Shown: positions 19,362-28,755 of the stretch, one piece after another
How the letters are laid out: every line of letters starts with the position of its first letter
Position numbering within the stretch: the stretch's first letter is position 1
Assembly: GCA_963746875.1 (NCBI GenBank)
Contig: CAVVDA010000006.1
Span: forward strand, 312,091 to 376,090
Direction: 5' to 3'
DNA from: Thermoanaerobaculia bacterium
GTDB taxonomy: Bacteria > Acidobacteriota > Thermoanaerobaculia > UBA5066
DNA length: 64,000 nt
Made by a program: the position numbers and the translations under genes
Notes under the pieces: model-generated
Databases searched by the model: none
The model's input: the letters and a program-made list of their open reading frames with translations, nothing else
Told to the model about the DNA's origin: nothing

Positions 19362-20289
19362 GCCCTGGCCGCGTCCGCGCGTGGACGGCCGGGCGATCGC
19401 CGCCCTTCTCGCCGTCCAGTTCTGCTTCGGGACGTTCCCGGTCTTCGGGAAGCTCGCGCTCGCCGAGACGCCTCCCATGGTGCTCGCCGCGATGCGCGCG
19501 ATTGCCGGTGCGGCCGTCCTCACCGTCCTCGCCCGCGCTCTCGCGCCCGCCGAGAAGGCGCCCGACGCACGAGACCGCCGCATGCTCTTCGTCCTGTCGC
19601 TGTTCGGCATCGTCGCGAACCAGACTCTGTTCGTGAGCGGGCTCTCCCGCACGACCGCGACGAACGCGACGCTCTGTACGGCTTCCACGCCCGTCTTCAC
19701 GATGCTCATCGCCGCGCTGTCCGGGCGGGACCGCCCCTCCCCGCGGAGGATGCTGGGAGTCCCGATCGCTCTCGCCGGGCTCCTGACGCTTCTCGACGTG
19801 ACCCACCTCGACTTCAGCGACCGGACACTCGTCGGGAATCTCCTGATTCTCTCGAACGCGCTTTCGTACTCGATCTTTCTCGTACTCTCCCGCGACGTCC
19901 TCGCCCGCCGGTCCGCGGCCTCCGTGACAGGCGCGATCTTCCGCTATGCCGCCCTGCCGATCCTCCTCCTCGCCCTGCCCGATCTCCCGGGCTTCCGGCC
20001 GCGGGCGCTGACCGGCCGCGCCTGGATCGGAATCGCCGGCGTCATCCTCCTGTCCACGATCGTGGCGTATGCCCTGAACACGTGGGCGCTCACGCGCATG
20101 ACCGCCACGACGGTCGCGATGTTCATGTACGTGCAGCCGCTCGTCGCGATCTCGTTCGCGCGCGCCGTTCTCGGCGAGCGGCCGTCCCCTCAGACGGCGG
20201 CCGCTGCGGCTCTCATCTTCGCGGGCGTCGCGCTCACGACGTGGCCGCGGGCCGCCGGTCACAGTTTCGCGGGTCGCCCGAGCAGGTAG
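19354..20289 (+). CDS. DMT/EamA-family transporter
   Basis: 311 aa with about 10 TM segments in two repeats. TPVFT, YVQPLVA and LGER motifs. Confidence 0.85.
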   Translation: MTEPWPRPRVDGRAIAALLAVQFCFGTFPVFGKLALAETPPMVLAAMRAIAGAAVLTVLARALAPAEKAPDARDRRMLFVLSLFGIVANQTLFVSGLSRTTATNATLCTASTPVFTMLIAALSGRDRPSPRRMLGVPIALAGLLTLLDVTHLDFSDRTLVGNLLILSNALSYSIFLVLSRDVLARRSAASVTGAIFRYAALPILLLALPDLPGFRPRALTGRAWIGIAGVILLSTIVAYALNTWALTRMTATTVAMFMYVQPLVAISFARAVLGERPSPQTAAAAALIFAGVALTTWPRAAGHSFAGRPSR

Positions 20290-21912
20290 CCCTGTCCGTA
20301 CGTCACGCCGAGACGCTTCACCTCGGCCTTCTCCGCTTCCGTCTCGATGCCTTCGGCCACCGTCTGCGCGTCGATGCGCGCGGCGAGCCGGACGAGCATC
20401 TCGACGACGTCGCGCTTGATCGAGTCCTCGTGGAGGCCCGTCACGAGGTAGTTCGAGATCTTGAGGTACTGCGGGCGGAGCTCGGCGATGGACTGGAGCG
20501 ACGCGTAGCCCGAGCCCGCGTCGTCGATCGCGATGCGGAAACCGAGCTCGCGCAGCACGCGCACGCTCTCGCGAAACAGGTCGTAGTCGCGGATGGCGGC
20601 GCGCTCCGTGATCTCGAGGACGACGCCGCTCTGGATCGCGAGCAGCGGCTGGAGCACCTCGTGCCCGCGCGACTTCAGCGCGTGGATGAGCTCGGTCTCC
20701 ACGTTCACGAAGAGCATGCCGGGTCGCTTGCCGACGAAGCGTTCGGCCGAGAACTGCATGCAGATCTTCTCGAGGCTCCACACCTGGTCCGACTTCAGCG
20801 CGTAGTCGAAGAGCATCTCGGGGTTCTCGAACGGCGAGTCGGCCGGGCCGCGCGAAAGGGCCTCGTGCGCGAACACGGTGCCGGTCCCGAGGTCGACGAT
20901 CGGCTGATAGAGCGTCTCGATCTGGCGGTGGACGAGCACGTCCTTGAACTGCTCCCTCAGGAGCGCGGCGCGCTCGCCTTCCTTCGTCGAGGCGACGGAG
21001 ATCGCCTCGCGAAGCGCGCGGTAGACGAGCCGCTCGAGGCGGACCTGCGGGCTGTAGAGGAGCTTCGAGTAGCCGACGTACAGGCCGATTTTCCTCTGGA
21101 TGCGGCTCTGGAACTTCTCGCTCAGCGTGTCGCGCAGCGACTCCTCGATCTGGCGCGCCTTGCGCTGGAGCCGCTCGAGGATCTCGTCGCCCCGAAGGCC
21201 GGGCGGCACCGAGAGGAAGACGTAGAACTCGGAGCCCGAGGGCCGGTTGATCGCGATGAGGTCCTCGGTGGAGAAGAGCGTCCCGAGCAGACGCTTCAGC
21301 GCCTTCGCCGCTTCCCTCAGGACGTCGTCGAAGACTTCCCAGCCGTAGTAGTCCTCGATGTGGGCGTATTTCTCGAAGTCGATGAACAGCACGCCCACTT
21401 CGTGATCGACGAGGAGCCACTCCCGGAGAGCGTCCACGATGACCGGGATCGTCGGGAGGCCCGACACGGTGTCGAAGAGCAGGTTGCGCGTCCGCACGTC
21501 TCCCGTGTCCCTCGGCATGAACGCCGACCGCGGGCCCTCCCCCGGTTCGAGAAGGCGCTCCACCGTCTCGAGCAGATGGCGCTTCGTGAACGGCTTCGTG
21601 ATGTAGTCGTTGGCGCCGACCTGCATCCCCGTGATGAGGTCCTTGATCTCGGACTTCACCGTGAGCATGACGATCGGAATGGACGACGTCTCCGGGCAGG
21701 TTCTTCAGCGTCGCGCAGACTTCCCAGCCGGACATCTGCGGCATCGTGACGTCCAGGAGGATCACGTCCGGCTGCATCGCCGCCGCCTGCTCGATGCCTT
21801 CCCGTCCGTTGCGCGCGAGGATGGGGGCGTAGCCGGCGTTCGTGAGGAGCGTCTGCACGATGAGGAGAATGTCCTCGTCGTCGTCGACGATCAGGATCTT
21901 TCGTTCGTTCAC
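20259..21912 (-). CDS. Response regulator with degenerate GGDEF and EAL (c-di-GMP phosphodiesterase) domains, one indel near 21695
   Basis: REC (ILIVDDD, LDVTMP, DYITKPF), GGDEF site replaced by SGSEF, EAL motifs YQPIV, EALSR, EITE, IDDAGSGYASL and VAEGIE. Confidence 0.9.
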
Positions 21913-21937
21913 GTGTCTCCGATCTTAAACGCCGGCC

Positions 21938-22258
21938 TCAGAACTCCACGTCGAAGGCGGCGAGGTCCGGCGGCGGCGCGTCCAGACGCCTCGACCTCGA
22001 CGCGGCCCACGCGCGAGAGGCTCGGCCCCTCCGCCAGGACGGCTTCCAGGCGGTCCAGGGCGTGGACGGCGCCGGACGCGATGACCTCCACCCGGCCGTC
22101 GTCCAGGTTCCGGGCACCGCCCCTGAGGTTCAACGCGCGGCCAGCGCGGGCCGCGAACGCGCGATATCCCACTCCCTGCACGCGGCCCGAGATCCTGAAG
22201 CGGCGCGCGGCAGCGACCCAGCCGCCCGAGTCGTCGCCTCGGGATCCGGCCTCTTCAC
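21938..22258 (-). CDS. acyP: Acylphosphatase, with indels
   Basis: [13 protein letters not shown] and [10 protein letters not shown]. Confidence 0.85.
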
Positions 22259-22961
22259 CTCGAGATCCTCTCCGTCCCGGCCGGGGCGAAACCGAAGCGG
22301 CCGACGAGCGGAACGTACGCGACGTCGCCGGCGTCCTCGGCGCGCGTCCGGCCGTTCGGCAGCTTGCGGACGACGAGCAGCCTCTGCCGCGCGGCGGGGC
22401 CGACCGGGATCACGAGTCGCCCTCGCGGCGCGAGCTGCGCGACGAGCGGCTCCGGCACCTCGGGCGCCGCCGCCGCCACGACGATCGCGTCGTACGGGGC
22501 ATGCTCGCTCCAGCCGTACGAGCCGTCGAAGATCTTGATGGAGACGTTCGCGACGCCGAGCGCCTTCAGAAGGTGCACGGCCGCCTTCCCCAGGGGCGCG
22601 ATGCGCTCGAGCGAGAAGACCCAGCGCGCGAGACGCGCGAGGACGGCGGCCTGATAGCCCGAGCCGGTCCCGATCTCGAGGACGCGCGAGGCCGGCGCCA
22701 GGGCCGCCAGCTCGGCCGCGCGGGCCACGTTCGCCGGCCTGCGTGATCGTCTGCCCGTACCCGATCGGCAGCGCGTGGTCGCCATAGGCCTCGCCCCGGA
22801 GCGCCGCCGGCACGAAGAGGTGGCGCGGAACGGATCCCATCGCCTCCGCAACGCGCGGCGTCGCGGCAGAGCCCCGCGCCTTCGAGCCGCTCCACGAGCG
22901 CCCGGCGGGCGCCGGCGCCGGCGCGCGCCGCGCGCTCCACGTCCCGGTCGGCCGGCTTCAC
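22255..22961 (-). CDS. pcm: Protein-L-isoaspartate O-methyltransferase, with indels
   Basis: [43 protein letters not shown] and GRLVIPVG. Directly downstream of surE. Confidence 0.9.
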
Positions 22962-23743
22962 GCTTCGGATCTTAGTCCCCGCGACGGCGGAGCGATCTTC
23001 TCCGCGAGGCCGTCGAGATCCGCAAGGGCGCGGTAGTCCGTCATGTCCATGTGGAGCGGCGTCACGGACACCCATCCCTCGGCGACGGCGAGCAGATCCG
23101 TTCCCTCGGCCTTCGTGTCCACGAACGCCCCGCCGATCCAGTAGTACGGGCGGCCGCGCGGGTCGATCTTCTCGACGATGTTCTCTCCGTACCGGCGGCG
23201 TCCCATGCGCGTGGGACGAAATCCCCTCGGCTTTCCCGAAGGGACGTTGACGTTCCACAGGGTGTCCGGCGCGGGCGGGTGGTCCTTCGCCCACGCGATG
23301 ATCTGCGCCGCCGCCTTCTCGGCTTCCGTGAAGTCGATCGCGCCGGTCGCGTCGCGCGCGTAGTCGAGGGAGAACGCGATCGACGGAACACCGAGGAGCG
23401 TCCCTTCGAACGCGCAGGCCACCGTCCCCGAGTAGGTCACGTCGTCGCCGAGATTCGGGCCGGCGTTCACTCCCGAGAACACGAAGTCGGGCGGAGTCGC
23501 CTTCAGGACCGAGCAGAGCGCGATGTTGACCGAGTCCGTCGGCGTTCCGTCGACGACCCAGGTCCTCTCGCCCGTCTTCAGCACGCGAAGAGGCCGGTGC
23601 ATCGTGAGCGAGTGCGCCGAAGCGCTCTGCTCGCGGTCGGGGGCGACGACGTACGTCTCGAACCCGGCCGCGCGCGCGGCGCGCTCGAGCGCGGCGATAC
23701 CCGGGCTGTGCACGCCGTCGTCGTTCGAGATGAGAGCCCTCAC
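22958..23743 (-). CDS. surE: 5'/3'-nucleotidase SurE
   Basis: LISNDDG, VAPDREQS, DGTPTD, SGVNAGPNLG..YSGTV and VSVTPL. Confidence 0.95.
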   Translation of the reverse strand: MRALISNDDGVHSPGIAALERAARAAGFETYVVAPDREQSASAHSLTMHRPLRVLKTGERTWVVDGTPTDSVNIALCSVLKATPPDFVFSGVNAGPNLGDDVTYSGTVACAFEGTLLGVPSIAFSLDYARDATGAIDFTEAEKAAAQIIAWAKDHPPAPDTLWNVNVPSGKPRGFRPTRMGRRRYGENIVEKIDPRGRPYYWIGGAFVDTKAEGTDLLAVAEGWVSVTPLHMDMTDYRALADLDGLAEKIAPPSRGLRSEA

Positions 23744-24162
23744 GGCGGCCCCGTGTAGACGACCTTGTTCCGCTCGGTCTCGTGCAGCTCCACCCGGACG
23801 AGCCGGCCGGGCGCGACGGCGGGCTGGAGCACGTCCCAGATACGGATCGCGATGTTCTCCGCGGTCGGGTTCACGCCCGCGAGGAACGGGACGTCCACGT
23901 TCAGGTTCTTGCGGTCGCACGCCCTCACGATCCGCTCGGTCACGACGCGCTTGACCACGCCGAAGTCCATCACCCAGCCCGTGAGCGGGTCGACCGGCCC
24001 TTCCACCGTGACGTCGAGCCCGTACGTGTGCCCGTGGGAGTGCGGGTTGTTGCACTTGTCGAAGACGCGGCGGTTCCACTCGGCGTCCTTGGCGTCGTTG
24101 TGGAGCCGGTGGGCCGCGGAGAAATGCGCGCGCGTCGTGATGCGCACGGACGGCTCGCTCAC
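23740..24162 (-). CDS. 6-pyruvoyl-tetrahydropterin synthase family (QueD/PTPS, Cx5HGH type)
   Basis: FSAAHRL, KCNNPHSHGH, GWVMDF, PTAENIA and ETERN. Confidence 0.85.
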   Translation of the reverse strand: MSEPSVRITTRAHFSAAHRLHNDAKDAEWNRRVFDKCNNPHSHGHTYGLDVTVEGPVDPLTGWVMDFGVVKRVVTERIVRACDRKNLNVDVPFLAGVNPTAENIAIRIWDVLQPAVAPGRLVRVELHETERNKVVYTGPP

Positions 24163-24560
24163 CGGCCCCACCTCCGGCGTGCGTTCTCCCACAGCGCGAG
24201 GCGGCGGAACAGGTCCAGCGGCGTCGTCTCGACGTAGACGGTCTGCGAGTACGCGATGCCCCGCGCCCGCTGGCTTTCCCGGCAGACGTGCTCGGCGGCC
24301 TCCGTGGGCGTGCACGGCTTGAAGTCGAACACCGGCGTCCCGTCCATGACGTCGCCGACCATCACGGCGAGGGCCGTCACGCCGAGAAGAGTCAGGCAGG
24401 ACGTCAGCTCGGCCTTGCCCGTCGCGTGGCTCGCGATCTCGGCTTTCCCTCCGGCATCGAAGTCCGCGGGAACGAACCACCGGACGGAGAAGGCGAGGGG
24501 ATCCCCGTCGTATCCGCTCCTCAGGTAGATTCGCTGCGCGTTGTCGGGAGCGGGCCGCAT
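24159..24560 (-). CDS. Hypothetical protein
   Basis: 133-aa ORF with GC-biased third positions. Stop overlaps the PTPS start. Confidence 0.6.
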   Translation of the reverse strand: MRPAPDNAQRIYLRSGYDGDPLAFSVRWFVPADFDAGGKAEIASHATGKAELTSCLTLLGVTALAVMVGDVMDGTPVFDFKPCTPTEAAEHVCRESQRARGIAYSQTVYVETTPLDLFRRLALWENARRRWGR

Positions 24561-24637
24561 GAGTGTGATTGTAGAGAAACACACGGAAGAAGAGATTCTC
24601 CACTGTCGTCGTTTGGTATCCTGAAAGCGAGTCTTCC

Positions 24638-26167
24638 GTGGAACCTGCCCTCCTTCGCCGGGCCGGCCCTGACGTGGCGCCCTTCACGGAGCTCTTGGAT
24701 CTCGCTTCCTCACGCCTCGGCGGAACCGTTCTTCTCGCGAACGACGACTTCTTCGCGCCGAAGGAGAACCTGCTCAAGCCCGAGGAGCCCGTCTTCCTTC
24801 CCGACCGCTACACGGACCGGGGCAAGTGGATGGACGGCTGGGAGAGCCGGCGCCGCCGCACACCGGGCCACGACTTCTGCGTCGTCAGGCTGGGCCTCCG
24901 AGGGATCTTCCACGGAGTGGACGTGGATACGACCCACTTCACGGGCAACCACCCGGAAGCCGCCTCGCTCGACGCCACCGACGCGCCCGAAAGCACCCCG
25001 CCCGAGAAGCTCGGCACCGGGGACGCTCCCTGGATCGAGATCCTCCCCCGCTCGCTCCTTCGGGGCGACACGCGAAACCTCTTCCCGGTCGCGGACCGAA
25101 GGCGGTTCTCGCACGTGCGCCTCAATATCCATCCCGACGGGGGCGTCGCGCGGCTGCGCGTCCACGGAGAGGTCGCGCCCGATTGGCGCGCGCTCTCGGC
25201 TCGAAAGGAAGGCGTCGACCTCTGCGCGCTCGAGAACGGCGGTCTCGTTCTCGCTTCGAGCGACAGCTTCTTCGGCTCGCACCAGAACCTCCTGATGCCC
25301 GGGAGTGCCGCGGGAATGAAGGACGGCTGGGAGACGAAGCGCAGCCGCAGGCCGGGATTCGACTGGGCGATCGTCCGGCTCGGGACGCGCGGGATCGTCG
25401 CCCGCGCCGAGATCGACACGAGCCATTTCAAGGGGAACTTTCCGGACGGTGCTTCGCTCGAAGCGTGCGACGCGCCGGGCGCGGCGCTTCGAGGAGCTGA
25501 CGGACGCGTCGCGGGAATGGCGGCCTCTCCTCCCCTTGACGCAAGCTCCAGGCCGACACCCGGCATGCCTTCGAAAAGGAGCTCGCCGCCGGCGTGCCCG
25601 CGACGCACGTGCGGCTCCGCATCTATCCCGACGGCGGCGTGAGCCGCCTGCGCCTCTTGGGCGTCCCGCGGCTTCCGGAAGCGGTCGCGCGGCTGAATGC
25701 CGCACCCCGCGACGGCGCCCTGACGATGCTGGCGTCGCTCTGCGGGTCGCGGCAGTTTTTCTTCGAAGGTGGAAGAAGGGAGACCCTTCGCGAGCGAGCG
25801 TGATCTTCTGAGAGCCGTCGAAGATGCCTTCGAAGAGATGGGAAGAGAAGACTGGCTCGAGGCGTTCGCGGCGCACCCCAGGCTCGGAGACCGTGGCGCG
25901 ACGGGTCGGGCCGCCTCGGAGCAGGGGACGGCTCTCGCGGCTCCTCCCGGCGTCCTCGAACAGCTTCGCAAGGCGAACGCAGCGTACGAGGAGCGCTTCG
26001 GCTTCATCTTCATCGTCTGCGCCTGCGGCCGGTCCGCCGACGCGCTCCTCGCGAACCTCGAGGACCGGCTCGCGAACCCGGCGGACCTCGAGCTCGGCAT
26101 CGCGGCGGACGAACAGAGGAAGATCACGCGGCTGAGACTCGAGAAGCTGCTGGCGGAGGGTGCATGA
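24638..26167 (+). CDS. alc: Allantoicase fused to OHCU decarboxylase (UraD-like), with indels
   Basis: Two allantoicase repeats ([10 protein letters not shown] / [20 protein letters not shown] / PDGGVSRLR) run in frame into LNAAP..LCGS, then [29 protein letters not shown] and [10 protein letters not shown]. Confidence 0.85.
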
Positions 26168-26536
26168 GCGGTTCGGCGCGTTCGGCCATCACGACGCACG
26201 TCCTGGATCTCGCGACAGGCAGGCCGGCAAAGGGGATCCGGGTTCTCCTGAGAAAGAAGGAAGAGGACAGCCGCCGCTGGACCGTGATCGGGAGCGGCAT
26301 GACGAACGCCGACGGCCGCGTCGAAGCTCTGCTGCCGGCGGATGCCGCCATTTCAGCCGGTACCTATCAGCTGCGCTTCGACACGCTCTCCTACTTCGAA
26401 GAGGGCCCTTCCTTCTCTTTCTTCTTCCTTCTTCCCCGAGGTCGCCATCACGTTCTCGGTGACCGACCCGGAAGGCCACTACCACGTTCCGCTGCTTCTC
26501 TCGCCGTTCGGGTACTCCACGTACCGGGGAAGCTGA
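26164..26536 (+). CDS. uraH: 5-hydroxyisourate hydrolase (transthyretin-like), indel in a pyrimidine tract
   Basis: [36 protein letters not shown]. Confidence 0.92.
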
Positions 26537-26537
26537 G

Positions 26538-27426
26538 GTGGACCCGCACGTCCACGAGTGGCTCCACCTGACCCTGCGCTGGGCGCACATCCTCGCCGGC
26601 ATCATGTGGATCGGCGACTCGTTTCTTTTCATGTGGCTCGACAGGGCGCTCGTCGCGCCCGACCCTCCGCGCGACGGCGTCACGGGCGAGCTGTTCCTCG
26701 TGCATGGCGGCGGCTACTACCAGGTGGAACGCCGCCTGTTCCAGCCGGGCCGGATGCCTCCCGTCCTCCACTGGTTCAAGTGGGAATCCCTTTCGACGTG
26801 GGCGACGGGCTTTCTCCTGCTCCTCCTCGTCTATTACTACGGGGGCGGGATCCTGCTCGTCGACCCTTTTGTTTCGAGGATTTCCGTGCCCGCGGCCATG
26901 GCTCTCGGCATCGCCCTCCTGCCCGCCTCGTGGCTCGTCTATGACGCGCTCTGGGCCTCTCCCCTCGGAAAGAGCACGCCCGTGGCGGGCGCCGCGTCCG
27001 TCGGCCTCTTCTGCGGGCTCGCGTACCTGCTCACGCATGTCTTCGGCGTCACGCGCCGCGTACCTCCTTGCCGGCGCGGTTCTCGGAACTCTCATGGCGC
27101 TGAACGTGTGGGTGCGGATCCTGCCCGCGCAGCGCCGCATGCTCGCCGCCGTCCGCGCCGGGCAGAACGTCGACCCCGAGCCGGGCCTCGCCGCCGGGAG
27201 GCGCTCCATGCACAACACCTACATGACGCTTCCCGTCGTCTTCACGATGGTGAGCAACCACTTCCCGACGACGTACGGCAGCCGCTGGAACTGGGTCGTG
27301 CTCGTGCTGCTCGCGCTCGCGGGAGGCGGAATCCGCCACTTCATGCTCACGCGCTCGACGAAGACGGCGTGGCTCCTTGCCGCGGGCGCGGCCCTCACGG
27401 CGACGGCGTTCGTCCTGACGCGCTGA
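26538..27426 (+). CDS. puuD: Urate hydroxylase PuuD-like membrane protein (DUF989), no cytochrome c domain, one indel
   Basis: RWAHILAGIMWIG.SF, VHGGGYY, LHWFKWES, NVW..ILPAQ and RSMHNTYMTLPVVFTMVSNHFP. Confidence 0.85.
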
Positions 27427-28719
27427 TCAGCCTGCGCGGCGCGCCGCGAGGATCGCGGAGAAAGAGCCGGTGGCGAGGTCCTCCGCGGAGAGCCCGGCTC
27501 CAGCGACATCCTCCTCGCGGAACGCACCGCAGTTCTTTCCTCGAAGGAGGAAAGTCAGGAGGGCCTGGCCCGTGGCGGGATCGTCGAGAACCCCTGACGA
27601 CGCGGCGTCCGCCCCCTTCTCGAGGGCCGCCCGCAGACGCTGCAGCGCCGCACTCTTACCTTCCAAGAAAAATCCGAAATTCGCGGCGAAACGCGTCGGG
27701 AGCTGTGCGGGATGCAGGTCCCAGCCCTGGTAGAAGCCGTTCTCCAGCGATCGCCGGACGTTCTCGTAGTGGAGGCGCCAGGCCGCGTGGACGGCCGACG
27801 GAGACCCCACGGGCAGGACGTTCGTGGATCCGTCCGAAAGCATGATCCCCGTGCCCGCGAGCGAGACCTGCATGACGTGCTTCGCGAAGTCGCAGGCCGG
27901 GTGCGCCATGTGCTGGTGAGCCGCCGCGATGTTCAACCCGGCGGTGTAGTCGTACGTTCCGAAGTGCGCCGAGACGCACCGCCCGCGCCCCGCGCGCACG
28001 AACGACGGAAGGACGACGCGCCCGTCCTCGCCGAAGATGGTCTGCGGCGTTTCGACCATGAGCTCGAACTTCAGGCTCCCGGCGGGGAGACCCAGGCGAG
28101 CCTCGAGCGCGTCGAGGGCGTCGGCGAGCGCCGCTGGCTGCCCGGGCGAGGTGATCTTCGGAAGCGTGATCAGGAGGTTCGGAGGAAGAGCGCGGCCTTC
28201 GGCCGCGAGCGTCGAAAGGAAGAGATCGAGAGTGCGCAGCGCGCGGTCGGCGGTGCGATCTTCGAGGGGCTTTATTCGGATTCCATAGAAGGTGGGGAGA
28301 GACGCCGCAGCGTGGGCGGCGGCAACTCCACGCGCGGCCGCCTCGGCGCACGTGTCCTCTTCGTCGTCCGCCCGCGCGCCGTAGCCGTCCTCAAAGTCGA
28401 TCCGGTAGTCCTCGACGGGGTCTTTCTTCAACCTTCCAAGAACTCTTTCGAAGATTTCTTCGAAAACAGGGGATGGAGGAACGCCGATCGCGCGCGCGAA
28501 GTCGGCCGCCGTCGGCGCGTACTCGTCGAGCGCCGCGAGCGCCGCCTCGCCGAGCTCTCGCACGGCGTTTACGCGAAACAGGTGCGCCCCCTCGTAAAAC
28601 GTGTGGACGGGCTGGCGGGTGACTGAATCTCCGGGGAAGAGGCGGGCGATCTCTGCGTTGGCCGTCGACAGGCGCGCGACGACCTCTCTCGTCAACTCGG
28701 GCGTCAGCGTGCGCTTCAT
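27427..28719 (-). CDS. HpcH/CitE-like TIM-barrel lyase (DUF6986-like), linked to purine catabolism
   Basis: RQPVHT, IDFEDGYG, GIRIK, ITLPK, ELMVETPQ, HFGTYDY, SDGSTNVLP and YQGWDLHPAQL. Confidence 0.75.
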   Translation of the reverse strand: MKRTLTPELTREVVARLSTANAEIARLFPGDSVTRQPVHTFYEGAHLFRVNAVRELGEAALAALDEYAPTAADFARAIGVPPSPVFEEIFERVLGRLKKDPVEDYRIDFEDGYGARADDEEDTCAEAAARGVAAAHAAASLPTFYGIRIKPLEDRTADRALRTLDLFLSTLAAEGRALPPNLLITLPKITSPGQPAALADALDALEARLGLPAGSLKFELMVETPQTIFGEDGRVVLPSFVRAGRGRCVSAHFGTYDYTAGLNIAAAHQHMAHPACDFAKHVMQVSLAGTGIMLSDGSTNVLPVGSPSAVHAAWRLHYENVRRSLENGFYQGWDLHPAQLPTRFAANFGFFLEGKSAALQRLRAALEKGADAASSGVLDDPATGQALLTFLLRGKNCGAFREEDVAGAGLSAEDLATGSFSAILAARRAG

Positions 28720-28755
28720 GGAGCGAATGCTACCCGCCGCCTCCCGGCGCGCCCG

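Noticed and set aside
19105-21912. 935-aa ORF starting with a receiver domain
   Set aside because: After about 75 aa it is off-frame read-through. The real continuation is ORF 20259-21668.
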